Part shown: piece after piece, positions 1 through 11,373 of the stretch | Layout: each line of letters opens with the position of its first letter | Position numbering within the stretch: position 1 is the stretch's first letter | DNA from: a virus | Reading direction: 5' to 3' (one strand) | Virus record (IMG/VR): IMGVR_UViG_3300025012_000054 | Location: 1 to 64,000 of that record | DNA: 64,000 nucleotides | Notes under the pieces: model-generated | Seen by the model: only the letters and a program-made list of their open reading frames with translations | What the model was told of the DNA's origin: nothing | Database searches by the model: none | Program-made: the position numbers and the translations under genes

Positions 1-104
1 ACACACAGAATATTGAAAATCTGTGGTGGTCAGATATTGAAGAAGAACAACTCGATAACTTCGTTCCGACCAGGATTGTTGAATATTATGCTGGAGCAAA
101 ACCT

Positions 105-2742
105 ATGACGCTCGAAGAGGCGGATGTCGAATCCAAAAGGCTATATGACGAGATTCTATCTGATGATTTTTGTCCCATTTGTGAATATGGTATTTGCCAC
201 TTTGCCATTGATAAAACGTGGGATGAAATTGTCGTAGAGGCCAAAGATTTGGCTGTGAAAGAGATGAAGAAATTAGAGTCTCATGTTGGAGATTTTTGGG
301 AATACGAAATAGAAGAATTACAAAAAATTATTGATATGTAACACGATAAAAGTTAGATTTCATTAACAGAAAGGAATAACAGATGCCCAAATATAATATC
401 AAGTTAGTAGATCCGCCAACCAATAAAGGCATATTATTTGAAGTAGACGGTACGGAATTAACCGATGTTCCTATCAGATGTTTTGTCCATCATAAAGTCT
501 TTGAAAATGAAATCATGAAATCTTGGATGGTATCGGAATTCTTTTCTGGTATGGCTATGACTTCAGAGTGGCCGACGAAAAACGCAGCCATAGATGCCGG
601 TCATAGGGTATTCGCTAAAATGCAATTGGCAGATATAAAAGAAATTGTAAATGGTCGTGTCAAAATATATGGATACGCTAATACCGATGGAACAGAAAGG
701 AGTAAGAAGAATGGATAGTTTTTACTCACCTGGTTTTGAGGCAAAATATCTCGAAAGATATCAAGAAATAGAATTTAGTGATGATGAACGATCTGTTAGA
801 ATTTTTGACGGTAAGTATATTCACCAGTTTCGCCAGTGGCTAGACAATTTGGATGATGAACTTAACAGGCGCAAGGTTTTGAATACCAATGGCGACCACG
901 AAGCACCAGAAGATATTTATGGTGCAGGAAAAATATCAGATAGTGTTGAATGAAATCAAAGTTTTATTAGGAGGATATAATGGGAATGTTTGTTAGGGGA
1001 TTTCTTGTGGGTGTGACTTGTATGCTTGGTTTTGTTGCTCTTGTACCTACGGCTGAATCTAGGGAATTGACTAGATGTAAAGATGCGGTAATTGCAAATA
1101 TTCCCATTGTTTGGGAAGAAAATTATCCGTTTTGCAAAGTCGAAGTAACAATAAACGGTAAGGTCAAAGAGGTAACGCTTAAAGAGTTTTACGAATATAC
1201 TAAATAAAATCATACTTTTATTAAGGAGAAAAAATGACTGACAGAAGTGTCGATATTACTAAAATAATTTCACAGCTTGTATTAAATGAAATACTTTCTG
1301 GGAAAATCAAAACGCCCAAAGAAATTGAATGGCTAACATCTTACACGACGGAAGCACTATCTAGGATGCTTGCATATGTTATACAAATACAGGAAGAAAA
1401 GATCGACATAAAATCGTGATTTTATTAAGGAGGTATGAATGAACGGAATAATGAACACATTTCCAAATATAAACAAAATAACAGAAGAGATGGCTATTCT
1501 TCAAGAGGGATATGATATTCTTGAATCCTTGTACCTTGCCATGGATTCATACCACCCAGCGATTGATGGAAAACCAGTAGATACTGTTTTAGTAAACAGA
1601 ATGCAGAGGTTGTTTGGGTTTGATGACGGTGAATAAAATGAGGATTCTATTAAGGAGGTAATAATGGAAAAAGATTTTGAGTATAACAGTTTTACAAATG
1701 AAGAACTGGCTAAACTACCAAAATGGGCATTAGAAAAAATTGAGGATTTAACACGAGAGCGAAAAGAATCCGTTAGGGAATTGAACGAATATTTAGATTC
1801 TCAAACTCCATCGTCTTTTTATACGGATGAATTTGCCTGTTTGGGATTAACAGAAAAAGGTACTCCAAATTCTCAAAGACGGTTTTTTCAAACTGATAGA
1901 ATTGAAGCCGATCACAAAGGCGTTCACTTGTCCGTTTATCTTGGTGTAGATGGAATTGAAATTAGTTGGGGGGCAGGAGCTAAACACGGGCGAGACGTTG
2001 CGTTTATTCCCCGAAGCTACCAACACGCATGGCTTATATCAAAAGACAGTATGCGATAGATAATGAAAGGAGTGTTTCATGATACTAGGGCTTTATTTTA
2101 GCGCAGATAAGATTGACCTCATCAAAAACACGTGCAAATTAGAACATTTATTGCTAAGCGATTTTGAACATGATTTCGCCAAAAAACATTTGCTCATGAA
2201 CGCCTATTTGAGAAATAGGGATTTCATAACATATATAAACGCTATGGCTGATAAATTTATTGAAACGGGAACTATATAATAAAAGCGATTTTCATTATAA
2301 AGAAAAGGAGAAAATATGGGAAAAATGTTTGTTGGTGCAATTTGGGGAGCAGTTTTAGTTTTATCCATCTGGGCCTTAACTGTTTATTCTTTAGAAAGTG
2401 ACAGTGCTTTATCTGTGCTTGCCGTGTTTGGTTTGATAGGCTGTGGAGTAGCGCTTGTATGTTTTGTCTTAAAATTGATAATCGATAATCGGGATTAATG
2501 AAACAGGCATTTTATGAGGAGGAATAATGGTTAAATATTTTTGTGATATCTGTAAGAAAGAAGTAAGCAATCCCGCTATGTCTTTAGATATGGCCGGAAA
2601 GGTTTTGTGCCACGAACATTTCTACCAGGCGCGAGAAGCCATGCATAAAACAATTTATACCTATACTAAAGAGGTAACAGAATCACCGTGCGATAATTGC
2701 GATATAGATTATCCCAGTTGCAATAACTGTATCGGTGCATAA
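105..2742 (+). CDS. Run of about 10 short hypothetical phage proteins (105-341, 383-718, ~711-953, 980-1207, 1234-1419, 1439-1636, 1664-2059, 2079-2279, 2316-2498, 2527-2742)
   Basis: Co-oriented ORFs, most with an AGGAG/GGAGG Shine-Dalgarno and separated by the ATRAAA-N6-TTTYAT dyad. No recognisable domains. Confidence 0.75.
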
Positions 2743-2768
2743 AACAAGAGTTTCATGGAGAATAATTT

Positions 2769-3473
2769 ATGAAATATATGGGATCTAAAAATCGTCACGC
2801 CAAAGAACTTTTATCTATCATCCTTAAAGATAGAAAACCCAATCAATATTATGTAGAACCTTTTTGTGGCGGATGTAATCTTATCGACAAAGTATCTGGT
2901 AATAGAATAGCAAACGATATTCACTTTTATTTAATAGAAATGTTTAAGGCTTTGCAAAACGGATGGCAACCGCCCGACAATATTTCAGAAAAAGAATGGT
3001 ACGATATAAAAGACAATAAAGATAAATACGATTCACGGCTAGTTGGTTTTGTTGGTTTCGGGTGTTCTTTTTCTGGCAAATGGTTTGGAGGTTATGCGCG
3101 AGGAAATCAGAACAACGGGCTACCACGCAACTATTGTTCAGAAAGCAAGAGAAATGTTTTGGCGCAAGTCCAAGGATTGCAAGGAATAGAATTTTTTAAT
3201 AAAAATTATTGGGAATTAGAAATACCGCATAACAGCATTGTGTATTGTGATCCCCCTTATGAAAATACCACGAAATACAAAGATTCTTTTGATCATAAAA
3301 AATATTGGGATTGGGTTAGGTTTGTTGCAAGAAGTGGTAGTAAGGTTTATTGTTCGGAATATGTCGCGCCAAATGATTTTGCTTGTGTGTGGTCAAAAAA
3401 GGTTAACAACACGCTAGATTTGAATACTGGTGCAAAACAGGGGTGGGAAAAACTGTTTGTTTTTACACAATGA
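2769..3473 (+). CDS. Dam-like (D12 class) N6-adenine DNA methyltransferase
   Basis: N-terminal KYMGSK, SAM-binding YVEPFCGG, catalytic YCDPPY. Confidence 0.9.
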   Translation: MKYMGSKNRHAKELLSIILKDRKPNQYYVEPFCGGCNLIDKVSGNRIANDIHFYLIEMFKALQNGWQPPDNISEKEWYDIKDNKDKYDSRLVGFVGFGCSFSGKWFGGYARGNQNNGLPRNYCSESKRNVLAQVQGLQGIEFFNKNYWELEIPHNSIVYCDPPYENTTKYKDSFDHKKYWDWVRFVARSGSKVYCSEYVAPNDFACVWSKKVNNTLDLNTGAKQGWEKLFVFTQ

Positions 3474-3499
3474 AAGACGAATTTTATTGAGGAGGTCTT

Positions 3500-4585
3500 A
3501 TGGCAAGGCAATTAGCAAGTATCCAAAAAATTATAAATATTGAACCCATTGAGGGTGCTGACGCTATTGAAAAAGCAACTGTTTTAGGTTGGCAGGTTGT
3601 AATTGCTAAAAAAGACAATTTTAAAATTGGTGATATGGCAATATATATTGAAATTGATTCAATTATGCCAGAAAAACCAGAATATGAATTTCTGCGTCAG
3701 CGTAAGTTTAGAGTGCGTACAATCAAGTTGCGCAATACGATTAGTCAGGGACTAATTCTTCCTTTATCTGTTTTGCCTAAAGGGAACTATCACGAAGGAA
3801 AAGATGTGACAGAACTTCTCGCGGTGAGAAAATATGATCCGCAGGCAGAAATCGAACAACGTTTATTCGATGAAAAAAACGCAAGGGAAAAGAATAAAAT
3901 TAAAAAGTTGTTGGGGAAAATGAAGTGGTATAGAAAACTTTTTGGAAAAAAGAGAGAGGGTTTTCCCTCTTTCATAAAAAAGACGGACGAAGATCGTATT
4001 CAATTATTTCCCGATATTTGCGAAGAAGAAAAAGATACGGCATTTCAAGTAAGCGAAAAAATAGATGGTCAGAGCGGAACATATTTTTTGGTCAAAAGCA
4101 AGGGGTGGTTTGGAAAAACCAAATTTGTTTTTGGGGTGTGCAGTAGAAATCTTTTATTGAGAAAACCCGATAATAGTTCATACTGGTCTATTGCGAGAAA
4201 ATATAATATTGAACAAGTGCTCAAAAACCTTATAGATAAAAGTAATTATGTTATTTTGCAGGGTGAAATTATCGGGACTAATATTCAAGGAAATAAATAT
4301 AAGGTATCGGACTATGAATTCTTTGCTTTCAACTTAATTTTTTCTGACCAAAAGCCAGATAATGATTTGGCAAAAAGCATACTTGAGTGGCACGCAATTA
4401 AGTTTGTACCACTACTTGATAACAACCTCAAATTAAGGTCTACAATTCAAGATATGGTTGAATATTCAAATGGAAAATCTCAAATATCTGACACGTTACG
4501 AGAAGGGGTTGTTGTAAGAAATTACGAAAAGGGAATTAGTTTCAAAATTGTAAGCCCAGAATTTTTATTGAAATATAATGAGTAA
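3500..4585 (+). CDS. ATP-dependent RNA ligase, DRB0094/Rnl2-like, with N-terminal OB-like domain
   Basis: N-terminus MARQLASIQKI..IEPIEGADAIE..GWQVV..YIEIDS; ligase motifs EKIDGQS, QGEIIG, REGVVVR, FKIVS. Confidence 0.88.
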   Translation: MARQLASIQKIINIEPIEGADAIEKATVLGWQVVIAKKDNFKIGDMAIYIEIDSIMPEKPEYEFLRQRKFRVRTIKLRNTISQGLILPLSVLPKGNYHEGKDVTELLAVRKYDPQAEIEQRLFDEKNAREKNKIKKLLGKMKWYRKLFGKKREGFPSFIKKTDEDRIQLFPDICEEEKDTAFQVSEKIDGQSGTYFLVKSKGWFGKTKFVFGVCSRNLLLRKPDNSSYWSIARKYNIEQVLKNLIDKSNYVILQGEIIGTNIQGNKYKVSDYEFFAFNLIFSDQKPDNDLAKSILEWHAIKFVPLLDNNLKLRSTIQDMVEYSNGKSQISDTLREGVVVRNYEKGISFKIVSPEFLLKYNE

Positions 4586-4617
4586 CATAATAAAAGATTC
4601 GTTTCATGGAGTAATTA

Positions 4618-5265
4618 TTGACTAAAATCGTAGCATTTTCAGATATTCATGGTCAAATCAGCAATAAATTAACGCAGTGGTTTTTTGATCATCCTGGCGA
4701 CATATTAATATTTGCTGGAGATATTCAAAAGAATCATTTCGATTACGGCGAAGATTTCCTATTCTGGATATACAATCTACCGTATACCCATAAAGTAATC
4801 ACATTCGGGAACCATGACGGCAATTTTCAAGATATTACAAATACGGCTAAAAAATACGAGGATATTTATATTCTAAACCATGACAGCATAACAATAGATG
4901 GAATAAAAATATTTGCATCACCATATTCTCTACCGTTTAGAGAATGGTGGTTTATGAAAACCGAACAGGAACTAGAGAAATTATACCAACAGATTCCAGA
5001 TGATACCAATATCCTGATTACCCATGGTGCAGCTTTCGGAATATTAGATGAGGCAATAGGTGGACGAGCTACAGGAAGTATTTCCTTGGCTAAAAGAATA
5101 ACAGAATTAAAGAAATTAAAATATCATATCAGCGCCCATATCCACGAATCAGCGGGAAAACTAAAAGTAGGACGGGTAACACATATAAATGCAAGTATCC
5201 TGGATGAGCGATACAGGGTTGTAAATAATCCCGTTATTATCAATTACAGGCAACCTAAGCCTTGA
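4618..5265 (+). CDS. Calcineurin-like metallophosphoesterase
   Basis: Motifs SDIHG, AGD, GNHD, ITHG, AHIHE. TTG start after GGAG. Confidence 0.9.
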   Translation: MTKIVAFSDIHGQISNKLTQWFFDHPGDILIFAGDIQKNHFDYGEDFLFWIYNLPYTHKVITFGNHDGNFQDITNTAKKYEDIYILNHDSITIDGIKIFASPYSLPFREWWFMKTEQELEKLYQQIPDDTNILITHGAAFGILDEAIGGRATGSISLAKRITELKKLKYHISAHIHESAGKLKVGRVTHINASILDERYRVVNNPVIINYRQPKP

Positions 5266-5290
5266 CAAGTAACAGAAATTATGATATAGT
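5262..5290 (+). promoter_or_regulatory. sigma70-type promoter
   Basis: TTGACA (5262-5267), 17 bp, TG-extended TATAGT (5285-5290). Confidence 0.85.
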
Positions 5291-5312
5291 TAGCATTAAG
5301 AAAGGATATCAT

Positions 5313-5684
5313 ATGGGAACGATTGAATTTTACGGCAAGCAAATGGATGATGTAGCCACTCTGAATACCGACACTATATTGGCATACAAAAAAGTTGTAC
5401 CCCATGCTTGTCATTGCGGAAAGCATGAGGATGATTATGTATCTGATTTTGGTGAATGGCAACCTGTTTTAGATCATAATCATACCTGGCAAGTTGTTAC
5501 ACTGCTCGAAAATTTTGGTTATACCGGATATGATTACGACACTGTTTTTTACACATTTTATCTGCAAGTTCCAGAATGTGCAAAACACGGCGAGTTTAAA
5601 TATGAGGGTGATGGGCTAAATTTTGGTCAAGCAGTTTGCAACACTCTGATTAAATTTGCCAGAGATTATAAATTTAGTAAATGA
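5313..5684 (+). CDS. Hypothetical protein (start corrected to ATG 5313)
   Basis: The ORF-track TTG at 5262 is the -35 box. AAGGA SD precedes in-frame ATG 5313. Confidence 0.7.
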   Translation: MGTIEFYGKQMDDVATLNTDTILAYKKVVPHACHCGKHEDDYVSDFGEWQPVLDHNHTWQVVTLLENFGYTGYDYDTVFYTFYLQVPECAKHGEFKYEGDGLNFGQAVCNTLIKFARDYKFSK

Positions 5685-5699
5685 AAGAAGGATTTTATA

Positions 5700-8231
5700 A
5701 TGAAAATTATAAGAGTTAGGAGATACTCTGGACACAAAGGCGGTAGCAATTTTTATCATCACGCTGATCTGTATGCGAATAATGCGAAAGAAGCAATTGC
5801 TAAAGCTAAAACCTGTACCAACTGGCGTTGGATTGATAAATTTGACGAATCAGACACCGATTATGTTAGATACGAATCTCTTGGCGAAATAACCCCAACC
5901 ACAGCCAAGAATCCACAATGAAAGAGAGATTTCGTGATGTATTATAAAATACACTGTATGGCTAAAGACTTTTTAGGAAAACCCGAAATTCTATGTGGAA
6001 CACCTGCTGCTAATTATTTTGCAGTTCACGATCAGGACGTAACGTGTCGAAGATGTAAAAACTCCATGGGCATTATCCATAAAATTCCAAAAAACAAGAT
6101 AATCTCTTGCATAGAATGTGGAGAAAAACATATACACAAAACCTGTTGTAGTAAATTTACTCAGGATTAATAAAAGGATGATTTCATGAGAAATGATTTT
6201 GACTTATCTTGGGGTGATATTATAGATATGTGTCACACTTGGGGCGTTTTTACCAGTCTGTCCTCAATCGTATTCGCAAAGGTTACACCGAAAGACACCC
6301 TTGAAGACCGGCTGACAAAGTTTGAGAAAAAATTATCCGAAACAACAAAGTTTCTAAGCAGTGTTTCAAATCAACTGAGTCAAAATAGTTTTTTAGCAAA
6401 TGCTCCAGACGATATTGTGAAGGGAAGAATTGATCAGTTGATGGAATTAGAAGAAACATATGAGGCGCAGTCTCACTTAGTTGATATGTTGAGATTTGCG
6501 AATCAATATAAATTACAGGAAGGGTGATTTTATGACAAAGATTATTAAGTTTAAACCGAGCTATCGTCTTATAGAAAACTGCAAATATTGCGCATTCTCA
6601 CACTATGAATACAAAAATAAGTGGTCTACGAAATCAAACTATTTTTGTTTACGATTGGCAACTGTTGCGACTATCGATGAGTTGAAAAAATTAAAAATTC
6701 CAGTTTATCAAGGCGATAAGGATGGTAAGTATGTTGACAAATTGACAGGCAATAGTTATGCGTATATTGAAAACCCAGATGAGATTTTGTCGGATTGCCC
6801 TCTGGAAGAATATAATGAAGCAGGAATTTCATGATGTGTAAAATTAAAATAAAACAATTATTGTGTAAACACCCTTCTTTAGAAGAGGTTGTCGCAGTTC
6901 TTTGGGCTCTTATGATTATGATATTGATGGTTTGGGCGCTAGAGAAACCAGTTTCAATAATCTTAATGTGGCTGTTTGGCGTATAAAATAAGTCTTTTAT
7001 AAGGAGAAAAATGAAAAATCTATTTATTATAACACTGTCAGATATTGTTGGGCTTGTATTTCTTGCTCTTATTCTTTTAAGCGCCCTAATTATTTTTGTT
7101 GGATCAAAACTTGAAGAGCGAAAACGCAGGAATCGTAGAAATAAATAAAATGATTCTTTAAAGAGATTGTTGTTGGTATTAGATTTATACACCGATATTG
7201 CCGTAAGAATCTTAGAATTTGTGGAAATGAAAAAAGAAGAAGATAAAATCAGCGTTTCATGAGGAAGTATGAATAAGCCAACAAGAAATCCAGAGTATGA
7301 TAAACAATTAAAAATCTATAATAGTGCGTTTGGTAGGCATCAGTCCATGGGAATAGTTTCAAAAAAAATAACTACCAAAGAAGAAATGCTTGTGGCTTTT
7401 GAACAAATGAAAATCGAATGGGATAAATTGATGGAAATTAATCTGTTTATAGAATGTACGGAATGTGGTGTTGAAAAATCAAAATGTATTGACTGTATTT
7501 ATGCTTTTTACGGTAAATAAAATAGTTGTTTTATGAAGCAGAATAAAAGGAGAAGAAAATGCAAGAATTTTGTAAAGTTAGTAATTTAAATGATTTGCTA
7601 TCGACGCTAGAGTTTTATTATGAGAAATATGGTAATCTTCCAATAGATATAGATTTGAGTTCGGGAAAAGAAGAAGGATGTTATAAGATTGATTCCGTTT
7701 TATATGCCACAGATGAAAAAGGGAACAGGTCAATTAGCTTTATTGTTTGGTAGCATAAAATGATTGTTTCATGAGGAGTGCTATGAATAAATTAGAATGG
7801 ATTGAAGAACTTGCTAGGATTAGCAAAATGTCAAAGCAGGAACGCCTTGCTTATGATCTTGAGCAGATACCAAAGATCCACTGGAGCGACGATGAAGAAT
7901 ATGTGGTATTCGTTGATCGTAAACTTGATGTTTTAATTGGTTCTTTGATGGAGTTTTTATCATAAAACAATTCTTTTATGTGGTAGATAAAATATTAGTT
8001 TTATGAGGTGAAAAAATGGAAATCATTCAATACAGCAACTATATAAATTTCAACCCAGACTGGTTTGATCCAACCATAGAAAAAGTATTTTTCGTTGAAA
8101 ATTTTGATGATAAATATGTGCGTGGTTTTAAATGGAATTATAATAATAACAATAAAATTCCAGTTAGAATATCTATGAAGAAATTCTTATCTGAATATCA
8201 ACCAAAACCAGAATTGGATTTTGGTGAATGA
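5700..8231 (+). CDS. Run of short hypothetical proteins (5700-5921, 5934-6170, ~6532-6834, 7269-7520, 7559-7753, 7771-7965, 8016-8231, plus sub-60-aa ORFs near 6.83-7.15 kb)
   Basis: Co-oriented ORFs, mostly bounded by dyad sites and SD motifs. Several are Cys-rich. Confidence 0.7.
6186..6527 (+). CDS. Small protein carrying a valyl-tRNA synthetase C-terminal coiled-coil (tRNA-binding arm)-like segment
   Basis: RLTKFEKKLSET..LSSVSNQLSQNSFLANAPDDIVKGRIDQLMELEE resembles the ValRS C-terminal pattern RL.K.....L.N..F..KAP..VV......L.E. Confidence 0.7.
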   Translation: MRNDFDLSWGDIIDMCHTWGVFTSLSSIVFAKVTPKDTLEDRLTKFEKKLSETTKFLSSVSNQLSQNSFLANAPDDIVKGRIDQLMELEETYEAQSHLVDMLRFANQYKLQEG

Positions 8232-8293
8232 AATCAACATTTCAAGTGAATGAACTTCGCGAAAACAATACTTTATTCGCGACAATGAATAAC

Positions 8294-8322
8294 TTGACAA
8301 AATATCAAAATTGTGGTAATAT
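8294..8322 (+). promoter_or_regulatory. sigma70-type promoter
   Basis: TTGACA (8294-8299), 17 bp ending TGTGG, TAATAT (8317-8322). Confidence 0.8.
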
Positions 8323-8366
8323 TATAACGTAATAAAATTATACTTTCATGAGGAGACAATAGTTCA

Positions 8367-8951
8367 ATGACTTTAATTATCGGCGTAGATTTTACTTTGA
8401 GCAAAGATAAATATCTTTATATGGCTGGTGACAAATGCGGGAGCGACGGATTTACAAAAGATTTATATGTAAAACCCAAAATTTTTAAAAGGGATGATCT
8501 GGCGTTTGGGTATACATCTTCTTTTCGCATGGGTCAAATTTTAGAATATGCTAAAATCTCTAAAGATCTGCCAGATTGGAAAGAAGAAAAGAACGTATAT
8601 ACTTCCTTTGTGGATTGGGCTAAAACAGCCATGAAAGACGGCGGTTATCTACAAGACGATAAGGGCGTAGTCAGGGGAGGCAATTTTATTTTTTATAATG
8701 GAAAATCTTTATATGAAGTCCAAAACGATTTTTCCATCCTAGTTCCAGAAGACGGATTATTAGCCGTTGGTTCTGGTGAATATCATGCAAAAGCAATTAT
8801 GCGCACTTATATGGCCCTGGTCAAAAAGGAACAAATCAAGTTTGATATAGGCTTAATGGTATCGTTGGTTTATGATACCGTTAGTTCGCTAGTAACATCT
8901 GTTTCTAAAGAACATGATTTGTTTGATTTATATAAACCTGATAAAAATTAA
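8367..8951 (+). CDS. Ntn-hydrolase (proteasome beta/HslV-like) peptidase
   Basis: Thr2 nucleophile position (MTLIIG), MAGD, KIF, and AVGSG motif typical of the proteasome-subunit fold. Confidence 0.7.
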   Translation: MTLIIGVDFTLSKDKYLYMAGDKCGSDGFTKDLYVKPKIFKRDDLAFGYTSSFRMGQILEYAKISKDLPDWKEEKNVYTSFVDWAKTAMKDGGYLQDDKGVVRGGNFIFYNGKSLYEVQNDFSILVPEDGLLAVGSGEYHAKAIMRTYMALVKKEQIKFDIGLMVSLVYDTVSSLVTSVSKEHDLFDLYKPDKN

Positions 8952-8968
8952 TTTTACAAGGAGATAAT

Positions 8969-10429
8969 ATGGATAAAATCAGGCGATGGAATAAACTTGC
9001 CGTGTGGCTTGCCATAAGTATTATAGACGTTGATGGCAAAACTCGCGACTATGGAACAGCGACGGATCATCGAGATTTGAGACAGCAATTGGAAACTTTA
9101 AAGTTGGTGCTGGATAAAATGCAAGAAATTGAAAAAGAAATTCCAGAGCCAGACAGTGAGTGACTAAGATGAAATATGAAGACCGCCACGATTTATTTCC
9201 GGACACCGTGATTATATCCTATCCTTTTCGATGGGGAGGGCAAAGAGGAGATGTTTGGATGTGGATGGCAGAAATGAACGGTGAGGTTTTAGACTATCAC
9301 AGCAAAGACATATTGATCATAAATGCTATTCTTGCAAATGAAAAATATGTGGTTTTACGAGTTCATAAAGATAAAGATATGACAATTACAGTAGTGGAAC
9401 ATAATGAAAACTAGATTTCATGAGGAGACACAATGTTGATGCAAGACATAAAAGCATATTGCCCTTTCTGTGAAAAAGAACAAACTTTTACCTATAAAGT
9501 TTATCTGAAGGATATTCACGGTGGCGACTATGAATATGGAACGCAACCTGGTTGTACCGTTGAGGTCGAATGGACTTGCCAAGACGGTTGGATTATAGAA
9601 ACAAAAGAATTTGATCTATAACATAAAATTATCATTTTATAAAGGAGAAAAATGAGAACTGAACTATTGGTCAAGCTAGAAAAAAACTTGTTAGAGTTTC
9701 TTGACGAGGCAAGCGGAGAATATTTTATACAAGTCAAAGAAGAACAGGTTCTTGCCAAAATTGTCGCAGATATTATAGAATCTATAAACAACGCTTATGA
9801 TACTGGCATAGAAGACGAATCATCATAATAAAATGCACATTTCATAAAGGAGAGATATGAGTGAACTAGATGAAGTTGTAAAACAGGGAGTTGAGGGATT
9901 CCTGGAATTTATACATGAACACGGATATTTCGTTTATCGTAATCGTTCGGGCGATATGCTTATTTCTGAGGATGGTAGTATTGCCACTAAAGAGACAATG
10001 AATGAGCTAATTGCTAAGTTTTTGGAAAGGCAGTAGAAGATGAAATTCGTACAAAAACTAATTGATGATACCAATAAAGGTGATTGGGACTTTAAATGGA
10101 AATATAGCGATGGATCACAAACATATACATTTAATCAACCCAAGCATTATCTCAACGGCTTGAATTTTTCGCTGGCAGCCAACAAGAAATTGCTGATATT
10201 CCCCAATGGCTATGGTCTGGAAACCACTCTGCTTGAAAATCTCAAGAAGGCTATTGATGTATCCTTGGAACGCACGGTAGATGAAAGTATGCGGCTATAT
10301 GTTGAGGGCAAAGAAATGACTCAGGAGCAAGAAGACCTGGCTGCTGAGCAGGAAGCGATGAAAGCCGCCGGTAAACCTGAAGAAAAGAAAGAACCACAAG
10401 ATAAGAAGAAAACAGTAAAGCCAGAGTAG
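8969..10429 (+). CDS. Run of short hypothetical proteins (8969-9163, 9160-9414, 9433-9621, 9652-9828, 9857-10036, 10040-10429)
   Basis: 9652-9828 (58 aa) and 9857-10036 (59 aa) fall below the track cut-off but have AAGGAG SDs and clean stops. Confidence 0.7.
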
Positions 10430-10458
10430 ATAAAATCTTTATTTTATGAGGTAAAAAA

Positions 10459-11373
10459 ATGCACTTTGAACCAGAAAAATATTTAATTTTTGAATGTATC
10501 GTTGGTTCAAGGCTATATGGAACCAACACGGAAAATTCTGATACCGACTATCGGGGAGTCTGCAATACTCCCTTAAATGTTGTTTTGGATTTATTCCAGG
10601 GCTTTGAACAAAAAGATGGTGGTTTTGCAGAAAAGGATAGAACTATTTATGATCTGGGAAAATTTATAAGACTTTGCGCTGATTCCAATCCCAATATCAT
10701 AGAGATGCTTTTTATTCCGTCTTCGCATACCCTGATGTCTACTCCGTTGTGGGAAAAACTGATTGAAAACAAAGATTTGTTTTTGAGCAAGAAAGCCAAA
10801 TATACGTTTTCGGGATATGCGATGTCACAACTGAATGACATCAAAAATCATAGACAATGGTTTATCAATCCACCTAAAGAAAAACCGACCAGAAAAATGT
10901 TCGGACTAACAGATTCGCCTAAAGTTTCAGGAGAGGGTATTCAAACCATATCTAATATTAAGTTTGAATATCTTCGTGCCGACGTAGCAGACGAACTTCG
11001 CAGAGAATTAGAATACCGTGAAGAAAAAAGAAAATGGGACAACTATGTGTCTTGGCGTGATAATCGGAATCCAGAACGTAGACGACTGGAAGAGTTATAT
11101 GGATATGACGTAAAACACGCGAGCCATCTTTTCAGACTTATGACCGAGGGCAAAGAACTGCTACTCAACGGAAATATTACTTTTCCTCTTCCTAACTGCG
11201 AGGAAATTCGAGCAATCAAAAATGGCAAGTACCAATATGACGAAGTAATTGCCCTGTCTGAAATTATGGATAATGAATTTATCTTGTGGTATAATCAATC
11301 TCCTTTGTCGCATTCACCCAATAAGGTTAAATTATCGGAATTATATTGCGAAATAGTTATGGACGTAAAATAA
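10459..11373 (+). CDS. Pol-beta superfamily nucleotidyltransferase (YcgL/RlaP-like, T4 NrdC.11-like)
   Basis: GSRLYG..SDTDYRG catalytic motif, NPNIIEMLF, GYDVKHASHLFRL. Confidence 0.85.
   Translation: MHFEPEKYLIFECIVGSRLYGTNTENSDTDYRGVCNTPLNVVLDLFQGFEQKDGGFAEKDRTIYDLGKFIRLCADSNPNIIEMLFIPSSHTLMSTPLWEKLIENKDLFLSKKAKYTFSGYAMSQLNDIKNHRQWFINPPKEKPTRKMFGLTDSPKVSGEGIQTISNIKFEYLRADVADELRRELEYREEKRKWDNYVSWRDNRNPERRRLEELYGYDVKHASHLFRLMTEGKELLLNGNITFPLPNCEEIRAIKNGKYQYDEVIALSEIMDNEFILWYNQSPLSHSPNKVKLSELYCEIVMDVK

Larger units (their letters stand above)
346..10447. repeat. Dispersed 18-bp intergenic dyad ATRAAA-N6-TTTYAT, block 1
   Basis: Exact copies start at 346, 950, 1204, 1408, 2063, 2498, 2739, 3470, 4590, 5681, 6170, 6983, 7243, 7517, 7755, 7962, 7987, 8332, 9404, 9623, 9828, 10430. 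Variants at 1633 (TTCTAT), 2279 (N5), 5918 (TTTCGT), 6815 (ATGAAG), 8228 (TTTCAA). Confidence 0.93.
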
